From assembly GCA_036229005.1 (NCBI GenBank), contig JAZAMN010000006.1:112223-176222 (forward strand): 64,000 bases of DNA. The letters run 5' to 3'. The notes below the pieces were generated by a model. It was not told the DNA's origin. It ran no database searches and saw only the letters and a list, made by a program, of their open reading frames with translations. This document shows positions 20,840-30,238 of this stretch, one piece after another. The position numbers and the translations under genes were made by a program. Every line of letters begins with the position of its first letter. Position 1 is the first letter of the stretch. The DNA is from Myxococcota bacterium (GTDB taxonomy: Bacteria; Myxococcota_A; UBA796; CAJQPC01).

Positions 20840-21994
20840 ATGTCCATGTTGTTGCTGGCCTCTCTGGGCTGCATTCCCGCCACATCGTGGGCGCAGGAGG
20901 CCACCGGGCCACGCAACTTCGCTGTGGTCATCGGAGTCTCCAGCGTCGAGGGCGCCCCGGAGCTCACCCTGGAAGGGGCGGGTTCCGAGGCCACCCGCGT
21001 CGCCCTCGCGCTGCGCGAGGAGGCCGGGTACGCCGACGTCCGCATCATCACGGATGCGGAGGCCACCAAGGAGCGCATCGTCGCGACCTTCAGGGATGAC
21101 CTCGCTCAGAAGGTGACCCCCCAGGACACGGTGATGGTCTACTTCGTGGGACACGGTGTGGGGGGCGACTTCGACGACCCCTATCTGCTCACCTACGACA
21201 CGCAGCCGGACGACATCCCCGGGACGGCCCTCTCCGTCGCTGAGCTCGGGGGGCAGCTCTCGAGCTGGGTCCCTGCTGGCAGCTATGCCATCGTCACCGA
21301 CGCCTCCCACGCGGGGGACTTCAACGGCGTGGCCCTGTTGGGGCCTGCGGCCAGCAGTTGGCCGGACATGGGCGCGAACACCGTGCTCCTCTCCGCGGCC
21401 GGGCTGGGATCTGCGGCCTCCCCAGGCGTGTTCGCCCGGCACTTCACCGACGCGATCACCGGCGGCGCGGACAGCTCGCAGGACGGCAGCGTCAGCATCG
21501 CGGAGCTCTACCGCTACCTGGTCATCGCGGTGCCAGCGGAGACCAATGGGGCTCAGCAGCCCGTGATGGACGGTCGCTTCAACCAGGAGCTCTCCCTGGC
21601 GCAGGGGGTGCAGTACAAGCCTCTGCTCTCCGAGCTCAACAAGGACGACCCCGAGGTCGTCTACCTGACCCGAGAGGTCGAGGTCCCCGGAGAGGTCGTC
21701 ATCATCCGAGAGGTGGGCGGCCCCGCTGAGCAGGTCCTGCCGGACTTCTCGGTGGAGAAGGTCAAGTTCGTCATCAAGGGCGTCCAGGAGCCGGTCGTGG
21801 CCTGCCGGGAGCAGGAACCCGTCGCCTGCTCGGGGGCCTGCTACCTGCGCGACGTGATGGCCGGGCCCTGCACGGTCAGCGGCTTTGTAGGCGACGCGCA
21901 GGTCACGACCTCCGTGTTCATCGCCGCGCGCGGGGTCGCGGGGTGCTCCTGGAGCGAGGCGAACAAGGAGTTCGTCTGCCGGCCTCCGGGCTGA
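20840..21994 (+). CDS. Exported caspase-like (C14) domain protein, catalytic Cys replaced by Ser
   Basis: FAVVIGV, ATKERI, YFVGHG, TDASHAG, GVFARHF, GADSSQDGSVSIAELYRY, QQP; signal peptide; Cys-rich C-terminus. Confidence 0.8.
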   Translation: MSMLLLASLGCIPATSWAQEATGPRNFAVVIGVSSVEGAPELTLEGAGSEATRVALALREEAGYADVRIITDAEATKERIVATFRDDLAQKVTPQDTVMVYFVGHGVGGDFDDPYLLTYDTQPDDIPGTALSVAELGGQLSSWVPAGSYAIVTDASHAGDFNGVALLGPAASSWPDMGANTVLLSAAGLGSAASPGVFARHFTDAITGGADSSQDGSVSIAELYRYLVIAVPAETNGAQQPVMDGRFNQELSLAQGVQYKPLLSELNKDDPEVVYLTREVEVPGEVVIIREVGGPAEQVLPDFSVEKVKFVIKGVQEPVVACREQEPVACSGACYLRDVMAGPCTVSGFVGDAQVTTSVFIAARGVAGCSWSEANKEFVCRPPG

Positions 21995-22021
21995 GCGAAG
22001 GCTAGCGGAGCAGGGTCCGCG

Positions 22022-22234
22022 TCAGAGGGCGCGGAGCCGCTTGATGTCCAGGATGGGGCCGACCATCGCGACGCCGAACGCAGCATCGCTGGCCTCGCCG
22101 ATGACCTCGACCTGCTTCCCCTCCAGCTTGGGGGGGACCTGGCCTTGGAGTTGGTAGGCCTGCCCGTCCTGAGTACGCAGGACCCAGACCTCGCCGCCAA
22201 AGAACTCGCGGCTGAGGGTGCCTTGGAGGGTCAC
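22022..22234 (-). CDS. Small OB-fold-like hypothetical protein
   Basis: GTG overlapping S8 stop; LQGTL...WVLRTQDGQAYQL...EGKQVEVIG...MVGPIL. Confidence 0.65.
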   Translation of the reverse strand: MTLQGTLSREFFGGEVWVLRTQDGQAYQLQGQVPPKLEGKQVEVIGEASDAAFGVAMVGPILDIKRLRAL

Positions 22235-23949
22235 GCGGCCTCCCCGTCGTGGTTGAGCTTCTGCAGGCCGACCACTGCCATCGCCGCCAGGATCGCCACC
22301 GTTCCGTTGAGGCTCAGCCACAGCTTGTCCAGGCCCAGGCCCAGGAACCAGACGTCCACGGTGCCGGCGGCAGCGCCGTAGAGCAGGGCCGTGCCGAAGC
22401 CCACCGAGACCCCGGCGATCAGCGGCCCCAGGCGCTTGGAGGGGCCGAACAGGAAGGCCAGGCCTGCTGGGAGCAGCGCGCTGACCCACAGGGGCATGTG
22501 GGCCAGGTCCGCGTTGAGCATGGCTGGCCAGGTCAGCAGGTCCCGGGAGAGCAGGTTGACCACTGGGTGTGGGGCGATGGGGAGGAGGGGAAGGAAGAAC
22601 AGCCCTCCAGCGGTGAGGCCTGCCGCCGCGATCATGGGCACAGCGCGCGTGGCCCGCAGGCGGGCCAGCACTGCCAGAGAGAGGGCCATCATGGCGCCGA
22701 CGAGGAACTGGAGTCCGTTCCGGCGCACGAGCACCCGGCGCACCGCAGCGTCCACGTCCAGGCGGCCGTAGCCGTAGACCTCATCCCAGCCGGCCTCGCC
22801 CATCTCCTGAGAGCTCTTGAGCAGCACATCGCGGGTGGCCTCGGCGTCCAGGCCCATGCCGACCAGGATCGCGGCTGCGCCGGCGACATGCGGGGTGGCC
22901 ATCGAGGTGCCCTGGAAGGCGCGGTAGGCGTGCCCACCCTGGCCGTCGATGGTGTCCTGGAGCACGCCCCCAGCTTCGCCGCCGTTGCGGGTGTCTCCGC
23001 CGGGAGCCGCAAGATCCACGCCCTCGCCATAGGTCGAGTAGAAGGCCTTGGTGTCGTCCGGCCCCACCGCTGCGACGCCGATGACCTCCTCGGCAGAGGC
23101 GGGGGACCCGAGGCCGCGCTGGCCGCTGTTGCCGGCGGCGGCGACCACCACGACACCCCGGTTGGCGGCGTCTCGGGCGGCCTTGTCCAGCACCTCGGAG
23201 TAGGGGCCGCCCAGGCTCATGTTGATCACGTCCGCGCCGTTGTCGACGGCGTGGTCGATGGCCGCGGCGATCCAGTCGGAGGAGCCGAAGCCCTGCTTGG
23301 ACAGGGCCTTGTAGGGCATGATGGTCACGTTGGGGGCTACGCCTGCCACGCCCTTGCCGTTGTTGGTGGCCTGCGCGATGGTTCCGGCCACGTGGGTGCC
23401 GTGTCCGTGGTCATCTTCGGGGGTGCGGGTGAGGGGGACGAAGGTCGCTCCCTCGGTCATGCGGACCCCCTCCATGTCCTCCACGCGGCTGACGCCGGTG
23501 TCGATCACGGCCACCTTCACGCCCTTGCCGCCGCCGGCCCGCCAGCCTGTCTGTACCTGGATCATCTCCATGTTCCACTGCTGCTCGAACATGGGGTCGT
23601 CGGGGTAGCCCAAGGCCTGGAACTCCAGGAGCTGCTCAGCCTCTTCGACCAACGGGTTCTGCTCGGCCAGGGCCTCGGCGGCGGCGAGATCGGCCACCTT
23701 CGCGCGGTAGAGGCCCTCGTCCGCGGAGAAGGGCGAGGACAGCTCCAGGTCCAGCCCCAGGGTGCGCTCGAGCTCCGCGACCTGCTCCTCGCTGAGGTCA
23801 TCCACGAGATCCAGGACCAAGGTCCCTTCGCTGTGGGCGGCGACTGTCGGGGCGGCGTCCCCAGCCGCGGAGCGGACCCCGCGGGGGCGGAAGGACCAGA
23901 GGATCAGGCCGCAGAGGGCCAGGATCATCAGGGTGGAGAGGCGACGCAT
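22231..23949 (-). CDS. S8 subtilisin-like serine protease with C-terminal multi-TM anchor
   Basis: Triad VAVIDTG, HGTHVAG, GTSMATPHVAG; AAGN; N-terminal signal/TM; C-terminal hydrophobic helices. Confidence 0.93.
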   Translation of the reverse strand: MRRLSTLMILALCGLILWSFRPRGVRSAAGDAAPTVAAHSEGTLVLDLVDDLSEEQVAELERTLGLDLELSSPFSADEGLYRAKVADLAAAEALAEQNPLVEEAEQLLEFQALGYPDDPMFEQQWNMEMIQVQTGWRAGGGKGVKVAVIDTGVSRVEDMEGVRMTEGATFVPLTRTPEDDHGHGTHVAGTIAQATNNGKGVAGVAPNVTIMPYKALSKQGFGSSDWIAAAIDHAVDNGADVINMSLGGPYSEVLDKAARDAANRGVVVVAAAGNSGQRGLGSPASAEEVIGVAAVGPDDTKAFYSTYGEGVDLAAPGGDTRNGGEAGGVLQDTIDGQGGHAYRAFQGTSMATPHVAGAAAILVGMGLDAEATRDVLLKSSQEMGEAGWDEVYGYGRLDVDAAVRRVLVRRNGLQFLVGAMMALSLAVLARLRATRAVPMIAAAGLTAGGLFFLPLLPIAPHPVVNLLSRDLLTWPAMLNADLAHMPLWVSALLPAGLAFLFGPSKRLGPLIAGVSVGFGTALLYGAAAGTVDVWFLGLGLDKLWLSLNGTVAILAAMAVVGLQKLNHDGEAA

Positions 23950-23992
23950 GGGTGCTCCAGCGCAGGCATGGAAGGGGCGAGGTCGACTTCAG

Positions 23993-24020
23993 AACGCGCG
24001 ACCCCCACCTCTTCTTTCAC
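23993..24020 (-). promoter_or_regulatory. Candidate ECF-sigma promoter GTGAAAG-N17-CGTT for the S8 protease
   Basis: Matches the motif at 38343-38370; ends about 44 nt upstream of ATG 23949. Confidence 0.45.
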
Positions 24021-24100
24021 ACTTTCGTGATCTTCGCGAGGAAGATGCTGGCATCGACCGCAGCGAGTCTCTTGACATGACAACAGCCAGGGAGGTAGTG

Positions 24101-24601
24101 ATGGAGCACTCCTGCCGCCAGAGGTTCCTCGCCATGGCCACCCTCCACGCCCTCCACGTTGTCGCTCCGCCCCCCGCGAGTGACGCGCTCCTCCCCAACC
24201 TCCCCGAGCTGGACCCGCGCGCGGTCGCGCTCCCCAGCGGCGCCGCCCTGAGCGCTTGGCGCAAGCAGGCGGATCTGCGCATGCAGCTCGCGATCGCCGA
24301 GCTCGATGCTGCGCTCCTGGCAGGAGACGATGCCAGCCTGTCCGCGCACATCGCCATGCAGAACCTGCGCGAGTGGGTGGGGAGCAGCCTGGTGCGCTTC
24401 CGAACCCCCGAGGGGGCCGAGGTCGTGCGGGGCGCCACCCGCCAGGACTGCCAGAGCGCCTGGCAGGACCGGGAGCTCCGCACCGCTGGCGCCGCGGCCT
24501 TCGACCCGGGGGCCGTGGATCGGCACCTCAAGCTCTACGTGGGGACGGCCTTCGAAGCCGCCGCGCGAGGCTACGCGTCGCTGCTGGCCATCCAGTGCTG
24601 A
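24101..24601 (+). CDS. Hypothetical protein
   Basis: GGAGG SD at 24091 before ATG 24101; first gene of co-oriented run. Confidence 0.55.
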   Translation: MEHSCRQRFLAMATLHALHVVAPPPASDALLPNLPELDPRAVALPSGAALSAWRKQADLRMQLAIAELDAALLAGDDASLSAHIAMQNLREWVGSSLVRFRTPEGAEVVRGATRQDCQSAWQDRELRTAGAAAFDPGAVDRHLKLYVGTAFEAAARGYASLLAIQC

Positions 24602-24608
24602 GCCGGCG

Positions 24609-25544
24609 ATGAGCGATCAACTCCACGTCCTGACGCGCATCGGCATGCCGGCCGGAGACACCGTCAAGGTCCTCCGGCGGCGCTTTCAGGGCGGGCAAGG
24701 TCCCCGAGTGGCGCTGGTCGCCGGGATCCGGGGGGACACCCCCGAGGGGATGCGGGTCGCTCATCGGGTCTGCTCCATCCTGGAGGCCTGCCACGAGACG
24801 CTGGCTGGGACCGTGGATGTCTACCCCTGCGTCAACCCCCTGGCTGCGCACCGCGCCTCACGGAACTGGCCCTTCTTCGACCAGGACCTGAACCGGCGCT
24901 TCCCGGGCAACTCGGAGGGCCACGCCCCCGATGTCGTGGCCGCAGCGCTCGTCGAGGATCTGCGGGGCGCCGACGTGATCCTCGAGCTCCGCGGGGCGCA
25001 CCCGGCCTTCTCGGAGGCCCCTCAGGCGCACATCCGCCGAGGCGACCAGCACGCCGCAGAGCTCGCCCGCAGCGCGAACGTGCACGTGGTCTGGGCCCGG
25101 GACGCCAGCGTCGCGTCCGCGGCGACCTTCGCCGCCCAGTTCGACAACGTGATCGCCCTGGAGGGCGGGACAGGCAATCGCCTGACCCCGGGCGTGGGGG
25201 AGGCCCTCACCGAGGGGGTCCTCAACGTGCTGAACGTCCTCAAGGTCCTCGCCGATGAGCAGCTCCCTTTCCACTGGGCGACGCTGCGGCGTCCGTCGGT
25301 GGTCCAAGATGAACAGGTGCACCGGATCCGCGCCTCCCGCTCAGGTTTCTTCCTTCCGGAGTGCGGACCGTGGGACACTGTCGCGGTGGGTGATGTCCTC
25401 GGCGTAGTCATAGACCCCTCCACTGGGGCCCTCCAGGAGCGCGTACTCGCGCCGCTCCCCGGGCAGGTGTTGGCCGTCCGCGAGAAGCCGGTGGTGTTCC
25501 CCGGCAGCATGGTGCTCCGTCTGGTCGAGGTCGGCGATGAGTGA
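24609..25544 (+). CDS. M14 succinylglutamate desuccinylase/aspartoacylase-family protein lacking Zn ligands
   Basis: VNP, DLNRRFPG, LEGG, barrel-sandwich C-terminus; HGxE replaced by RGDT, DxH by ELR. Confidence 0.8.
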   Translation: MSDQLHVLTRIGMPAGDTVKVLRRRFQGGQGPRVALVAGIRGDTPEGMRVAHRVCSILEACHETLAGTVDVYPCVNPLAAHRASRNWPFFDQDLNRRFPGNSEGHAPDVVAAALVEDLRGADVILELRGAHPAFSEAPQAHIRRGDQHAAELARSANVHVVWARDASVASAATFAAQFDNVIALEGGTGNRLTPGVGEALTEGVLNVLNVLKVLADEQLPFHWATLRRPSVVQDEQVHRIRASRSGFFLPECGPWDTVAVGDVLGVVIDPSTGALQERVLAPLPGQVLAVREKPVVFPGSMVLRLVEVGDE

Positions 25545-26442
25545 GTCCTTCGACCTGGAGACGCCCTTCCGGGAGCCCTACGCCCTCAGCCCCCTGCGCT
25601 TTGGCAGCGGTCCCCTCAAGGTCGCGCTCGTCGCGGGGCTCCACGGCACTGAACTCACCGGTGTGCACGCCCTGAACATCGTCGCCGGCGCGCTCCGCAT
25701 GGCCCGCGTCAAGGGCTCCGTCGTGCTCTTCCCGATCGTGAACGCCTTCGGGGTGGAGCAGGGGACCAAGCGCTGGCCCTTCGACGATCGGGACATCAAC
25801 CAGGCCTTCCCGGGCGACCCCAGCGGCGCCGCCGTCGAGCGCATCGCCCACGCCCTGCTCGAGGCCACCCAGGCCGAGGTCTGCGTGGACGTCCACAGCG
25901 GCTCCCAGGTAATCCGGGAGCTGCCCCAGGTTCGGGTCCCCCTCAGCGGGGAGGAGCTCGGCCTGGCCCGCGCGATGGAGCTCCCCATGCTCTGGCGGCG
26001 AGCCGGCGATCGCCTCGAAGCCGCCGGACTCGTGGGCGCCTGGCGTGCCCGCGGCATCTCCGCCATGCACATCGTCGGCGGGCGCGCTGGCACCCTGGAT
26101 GTGCGCCACGCCCGCACCATTGCCAACGGCCTGCTCCGCTTGCTGCACCACCTGGGGGTGCTCACCCACGCCTTCGCCGATCCCGGCGAGGTCCAGGTCG
26201 ACACCACCCGGAAGGGCGTGGATTACCACTACTCCCAGGTCGGGGGCTTCTGGGTCCCCGAGGTCCGCGTGGGTGACAAGGTCGGCCCCGGGCACCTGCT
26301 CGGCGCGGTCACCGAGGTCGTCGGCGGCGGGCGCCTGGAGGAGGTCCGGGCGGAGCGCTCCGGCGTGGTCATGAGCATGCGCGCCTACCCCATCGTGCAC
26401 GCCCGAGAGCTGTTGGTGCGGGTCGCCGAGGGCGTCGGTTGA
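25537..26442 (+). CDS. M14 succinylglutamate desuccinylase/aspartoacylase-family protein (Zn ligands present)
   Basis: GLHGTE, DINQAFPG, DVHSG, barrel-sandwich C-terminus. Confidence 0.85.
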   Translation: MSESFDLETPFREPYALSPLRFGSGPLKVALVAGLHGTELTGVHALNIVAGALRMARVKGSVVLFPIVNAFGVEQGTKRWPFDDRDINQAFPGDPSGAAVERIAHALLEATQAEVCVDVHSGSQVIRELPQVRVPLSGEELGLARAMELPMLWRRAGDRLEAAGLVGAWRARGISAMHIVGGRAGTLDVRHARTIANGLLRLLHHLGVLTHAFADPGEVQVDTTRKGVDYHYSQVGGFWVPEVRVGDKVGPGHLLGAVTEVVGGGRLEEVRAERSGVVMSMRAYPIVHARELLVRVAEGVG

Positions 26443-26972
26443 TCCTCGTCACCGGCTTCTCCCAGTTCCCAGGGGTGCCCGAGAACCCCACCGAGCACCT
26501 CGCTTTGGCCCTGAATGGCACAGAGGTTGAGGGGCAGGACCTGGTCGGGGTGGTGCTCCCCGTGACCTACGAGGGCCTCTCCAGCCGCCTCACCCAACTG
26601 GAGACCCGCTGGAGGCCGGAGCTGGTGGTTGGCCTGGGTGTCGCCGTTGGCAGCGAGCGGCCGCGCATCGAGATCCTGGGGGTCAATGAGGTCGCGCAGA
26701 CCCAGGACGCATCGGGTCGCATCGCGCCGGATCTGGGCCCCGGCCCAAGGGAGCTTCGGGTCGGGCTGCCCGTCGAAGGGATCCGTCAGGAGCTCGGCGC
26801 GGAGCTGTCCCGCGACGCCGGCCGCTACCTGTGCAACGCCTGGCTATACACCGCGCTCCGGGACCTCCAGGCGCCCGCGCTCTTTGTGCACGTGCCCATG
26901 GACGCGCCGAGTCCCCAGCGCATGGGGCGTGCGATCGCGCGGCTGTGGCGGGAGCTTCGAGCCCGGGATTAG
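26439..26972 (+). CDS. pcp: Pyroglutamyl-peptidase I
   Basis: ILVTGF..F...ENP, LPVTY, AGRYLCN (Cys), FVHVP (His); TTG start overlapping upstream stop. Confidence 0.88.
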   Translation: MILVTGFSQFPGVPENPTEHLALALNGTEVEGQDLVGVVLPVTYEGLSSRLTQLETRWRPELVVGLGVAVGSERPRIEILGVNEVAQTQDASGRIAPDLGPGPRELRVGLPVEGIRQELGAELSRDAGRYLCNAWLYTALRDLQAPALFVHVPMDAPSPQRMGRAIARLWRELRARD

Positions 26973-26981
26973 CTGTTGGGT

Positions 26982-29132
26982 ATGACCCTCCTGCTCTCGC
27001 TGCTCGCACTGTCCATCACCCCCGCCCAGGCAGGCTCGGAGCCGCAAGCGCTGCCCCAGGAGCTGAGCTTCGAGGGGCCCGAGGGGCTGGTGGATGAGGC
27101 CCATGCCGCCTACACCGCCCAGGACTGGGAGCTGGCCGCGCAGCTCTATGGCTCCCTGGCGGGAGCGGGTGCAGGCGAGGCCGCGCGTGTCATGCAGGGC
27201 CTCTGTCTGTATCAGGCCGGTCGCCTCCGGGAGGCCCAGGCGGTGCTGACGGACCAGCCCTCGCTGGAGGCGCGCAAGCTGCTGGGGTTGGTGCTGGTGG
27301 ACCGGGGCCAGCCCAAGCAGGGGCGGGCGCTGCTGGAGGCGGTCCAGGCGGAGGCCACCGGCGAGCTTGCGGTCTCAGCGTCGCTGGACCTGGCCCGAAT
27401 CGCCCTGGATCAGGGGCGCAGCGCGGAGGCCAAGGGGATCTACGAGGAGGCTCTGGGGCAGGCCCAGGCTCTGGGGAGCACCGCTCTGGCCGCCGATGCC
27501 CAGCGGGGCCTGGAGACGGTCGCTGCCATGCGCGAGGAGCGGCCACCTGAGGGCGGCAGCGGGAGTACGGCGTCCCTGAACGCGCTCGCGGATGCCCTGA
27601 GGCGGGGCGCAATCGGGGCAGCGCAGGGGCACCTGGCGACCCTGGAGGCCGGAGGGGACACGCCGCGGGAGCAGGTGGAGCTGGGGCTCGCTCGGGGCGC
27701 GCTGTACAGGGCTCAGGGGCGACCGGATGCAGCCGCCCAGGCGCTGATGGAGGCCCTCACGCTGTCCAGGCAGGTGGGGCTGGGTTGGGAGACGGCGCAG
27801 GCGCTGTATGGGCTCGGCATCGCGCACGGACTTGCAGGTCGGGTGGATCTGGCGGTGAGCTTCCTGGCGGAGGCGGAGGCCGAGGCGCGCGGAGGGGGCT
27901 TCGAGGCCTCCGCGGTGGAGATCGGCCTGGAGCTGGGGCTGATGGCGCTGCGGCTGGGGCGGGTGGAGCAGGCGGCTGCCCAGCTCGAGACGGCCCGGAG
28001 CGCGCTGGCGTCCATGGATCATCCCGCGGCCGAGGCCCGCGCTCAGGAGTTGGCTGGTGGGCTGGCGGCCGCGAGCGGGGACCTCCAGACGGCAGGCGCT
28101 CAGTTGGAGGCGGCGTTGAGCTGGCACGAGGCCCGGGGGCACTACGCGGACGCGGCCAGGGTCGCGGTGGCCCTGGTGCGAGCGAGCGCGACCCAGGATG
28201 TCCCCACGGCGGAGCGCTGGGGGGAGCGGGCCGTGGCGCTGCATGGGCAGTTCGGCGACCCCCTGGGGCCGGCGCAGGTGGCTCTGGCCATGGGCCTGGG
28301 GCGAGCGGACGCCAAGGACATCGAGGGGGCGCTCAAGTACTTCGCAGAGGCCGTGGAGCTGGGGCGGGCCAGCGGACGGGCCCAAGGGGCCTTCATCGCC
28401 GATACGGCGGAGAAGAACGCCGCGCAGGCGCTGGCCATGCTGGGCGCCAGTGAGCAGGCCGCAGCGCTCGCGGCCTCGGGCGGGCTGGAGGCGGCGCTCG
28501 CCCACTCGGAGGGCCTCGCGGCCGCGCTCCAGGCGTATGACCAGGGCCTGCGGGCCTACCAGGAGGGGCGCTTCTCGGACGCTCAGCGGCGCTTCGTGAC
28601 GGCGGCTGAGCGCCTGGAGGAGCTCGGCGAGGCCGCCTACGCCGCGCAGGCCAGCAAGGGCGCGCTCTGGTGCAGCTACAACCTCGCGGTCGCGATGCCC
28701 CCCAGCGAGTCGCTGGCCTTCTGGGGGCAGATCCAGGCCGAGGCCCAGCGCCTGGAGGTTGTCGAGCTGGACCTGCGTGCGGGCGCCGAGCTGGCCATCG
28801 CCCAGGCCCGCAGCGGACACCCCAGCGCCGCGGACTCTCTGGAGAAGGCCGCGCGGGCGGCAGAGAAGGGGGGGATGCCCAGCGTGGCTGCGCGCTGCTG
28901 GTCCGAGCGGGCCGAGCTGGCGGGCCCGCTGGAGCGCCGGGGACAGGACGCCAGGCGAGCCCACGCGCTCGCGCCGAGCGCCGCTTCGTCGACCTATGCG
29001 CTCTACTCCGTGGCGGTGGACGCCTTCAACGCGGGAGAGGCGGCGCTCGCCCGGGAGCTGGCTGAGCTGGCGCTCCCCAACGCCGGTGAGCTGGAGCCCG
29101 ACCTTCGGGGGGTGCTCGAAGCGACCCAGTGA
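26982..29132 (+). CDS. Exported TPR-repeat protein
   Basis: Signal peptide ending AQA, Ala/Leu-rich helical TPR-like repeats throughout. Confidence 0.7.
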   Translation: MTLLLSLLALSITPAQAGSEPQALPQELSFEGPEGLVDEAHAAYTAQDWELAAQLYGSLAGAGAGEAARVMQGLCLYQAGRLREAQAVLTDQPSLEARKLLGLVLVDRGQPKQGRALLEAVQAEATGELAVSASLDLARIALDQGRSAEAKGIYEEALGQAQALGSTALAADAQRGLETVAAMREERPPEGGSGSTASLNALADALRRGAIGAAQGHLATLEAGGDTPREQVELGLARGALYRAQGRPDAAAQALMEALTLSRQVGLGWETAQALYGLGIAHGLAGRVDLAVSFLAEAEAEARGGGFEASAVEIGLELGLMALRLGRVEQAAAQLETARSALASMDHPAAEARAQELAGGLAAASGDLQTAGAQLEAALSWHEARGHYADAARVAVALVRASATQDVPTAERWGERAVALHGQFGDPLGPAQVALAMGLGRADAKDIEGALKYFAEAVELGRASGRAQGAFIADTAEKNAAQALAMLGASEQAAALAASGGLEAALAHSEGLAAALQAYDQGLRAYQEGRFSDAQRRFVTAAERLEELGEAAYAAQASKGALWCSYNLAVAMPPSESLAFWGQIQAEAQRLEVVELDLRAGAELAIAQARSGHPSAADSLEKAARAAEKGGMPSVAARCWSERAELAGPLERRGQDARRAHALAPSAASSTYALYSVAVDAFNAGEAALARELAELALPNAGELEPDLRGVLEATQ

Positions 29133-29147
29133 AGTACACTGGGCGGC

Positions 29148-30233
29148 ATGGCACGCCGATCCCGTGGAATCCCCGTCGTTGAAGTCGCCTCCGATCTCCG
29201 GCTGAGCCCCGGTGAGCTTCGTCGCCGCCTGGGCAAGGCCGGGATGCTGCGCCATGTGCTGCCGGACGACTCCATCCCCCCCGCAATGGTCAACAACATC
29301 GCCGAGGCGGTGCGCGACCAGGGCCCCCCTCCCGAGCCCTCCGGTCCGGGGCTGGATCTGGACCAGCTCATGGCCTCCACGGGCGTCAAGCCCATGAAGG
29401 GCCGGGGGCAGGCCAGTCGCTCGCCGCGGCCGCGGGATCCCAAGGCGCAGAAGGCCGCGGTCGGCAAGCAGCAGAGCAGCGTGCCTCGCTCCGAGCTGGA
29501 GAGCCGCCTGCAGCGCGCCAAGGCCGCCAACCTCCAGCTCGCCGAGCGCCTCCGTCAGGCCGAGAGCGCGTTGGAGACCCTGCGCGCGGAGCACGCGCGC
29601 GAGCAGGCTGCCCGGGTCGAGGCCCAGGAGGCCGTGCAGACCCTTCAGGCCTCTTTGCAGGGCGAGAGCGCCGAGGCCCCCCTCACCGAGCTCCTGGAGT
29701 CCCGCGGCCTCATCGGCGAGGACGAGCGCAACGCAGCCGTGCGGGCTCTGATCTCTGTGCGCCGCTGGGACGCGATCGCGACAACCCTCAAGCCCCTCAA
29801 CCCCCAGGCCGCCCAGCGCGCCATGGCCCTCCACGTGGTCCTGGCCTGCACCCGCGGGGACTGCGAGGTCCCCAAGGGCATGGGCCTGGTGCAGGTCGCG
29901 CCGGGCCGCTGTGAGGTGTGTGCAGGAGAGGGGCGCAAGCGCCACCTGCGCCGCCTCGGGGATGCCTTCCTGCTCCACGGTCTCCGGCGCATCGCGCTGG
30001 TCGGTGGGCCGGCAGGCTACCGCCGGATGATCCGGGAGAGCCTGGATGAGCGCATCCAGATCGTCACCGGTCAGGGCCCCGACGCCGTCGACCTGGCCGA
30101 GGTGCAGGTGATGCTGGTCTGGGGCGAGCCCCCTGAGGGGGAGCAGCCTGTGCCGGTCTTGTCGGTGAAGGCCCGCGGCTTGGTGGACTTCATCGCCGGG
30201 GTGCGCTCCCAGCTCGCGGCCGGGATGGCCTGA
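29148..30233 (+). CDS. Hypothetical protein: IF2_N-like HTH, coiled coil, Cys4 motif, C-terminal alpha/beta domain
   Basis: VVEVASDLRLSPGELRRRLGKAG; heptad region; CTRGDC...CEVC; IALVGG. Confidence 0.6.
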   Translation: MARRSRGIPVVEVASDLRLSPGELRRRLGKAGMLRHVLPDDSIPPAMVNNIAEAVRDQGPPPEPSGPGLDLDQLMASTGVKPMKGRGQASRSPRPRDPKAQKAAVGKQQSSVPRSELESRLQRAKAANLQLAERLRQAESALETLRAEHAREQAARVEAQEAVQTLQASLQGESAEAPLTELLESRGLIGEDERNAAVRALISVRRWDAIATTLKPLNPQAAQRAMALHVVLACTRGDCEVPKGMGLVQVAPGRCEVCAGEGRKRHLRRLGDAFLLHGLRRIALVGGPAGYRRMIRESLDERIQIVTGQGPDAVDLAEVQVMLVWGEPPEGEQPVPVLSVKARGLVDFIAGVRSQLAAGMA

Positions 30234-30238
30234 GCGGG

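Noticed and set aside
24017..24030. TCAC-N6-GTGA inverted repeat as a CRP-like site
   Set aside because: The half-sites are in the opposite orientation to the CRP consensus; single instance.
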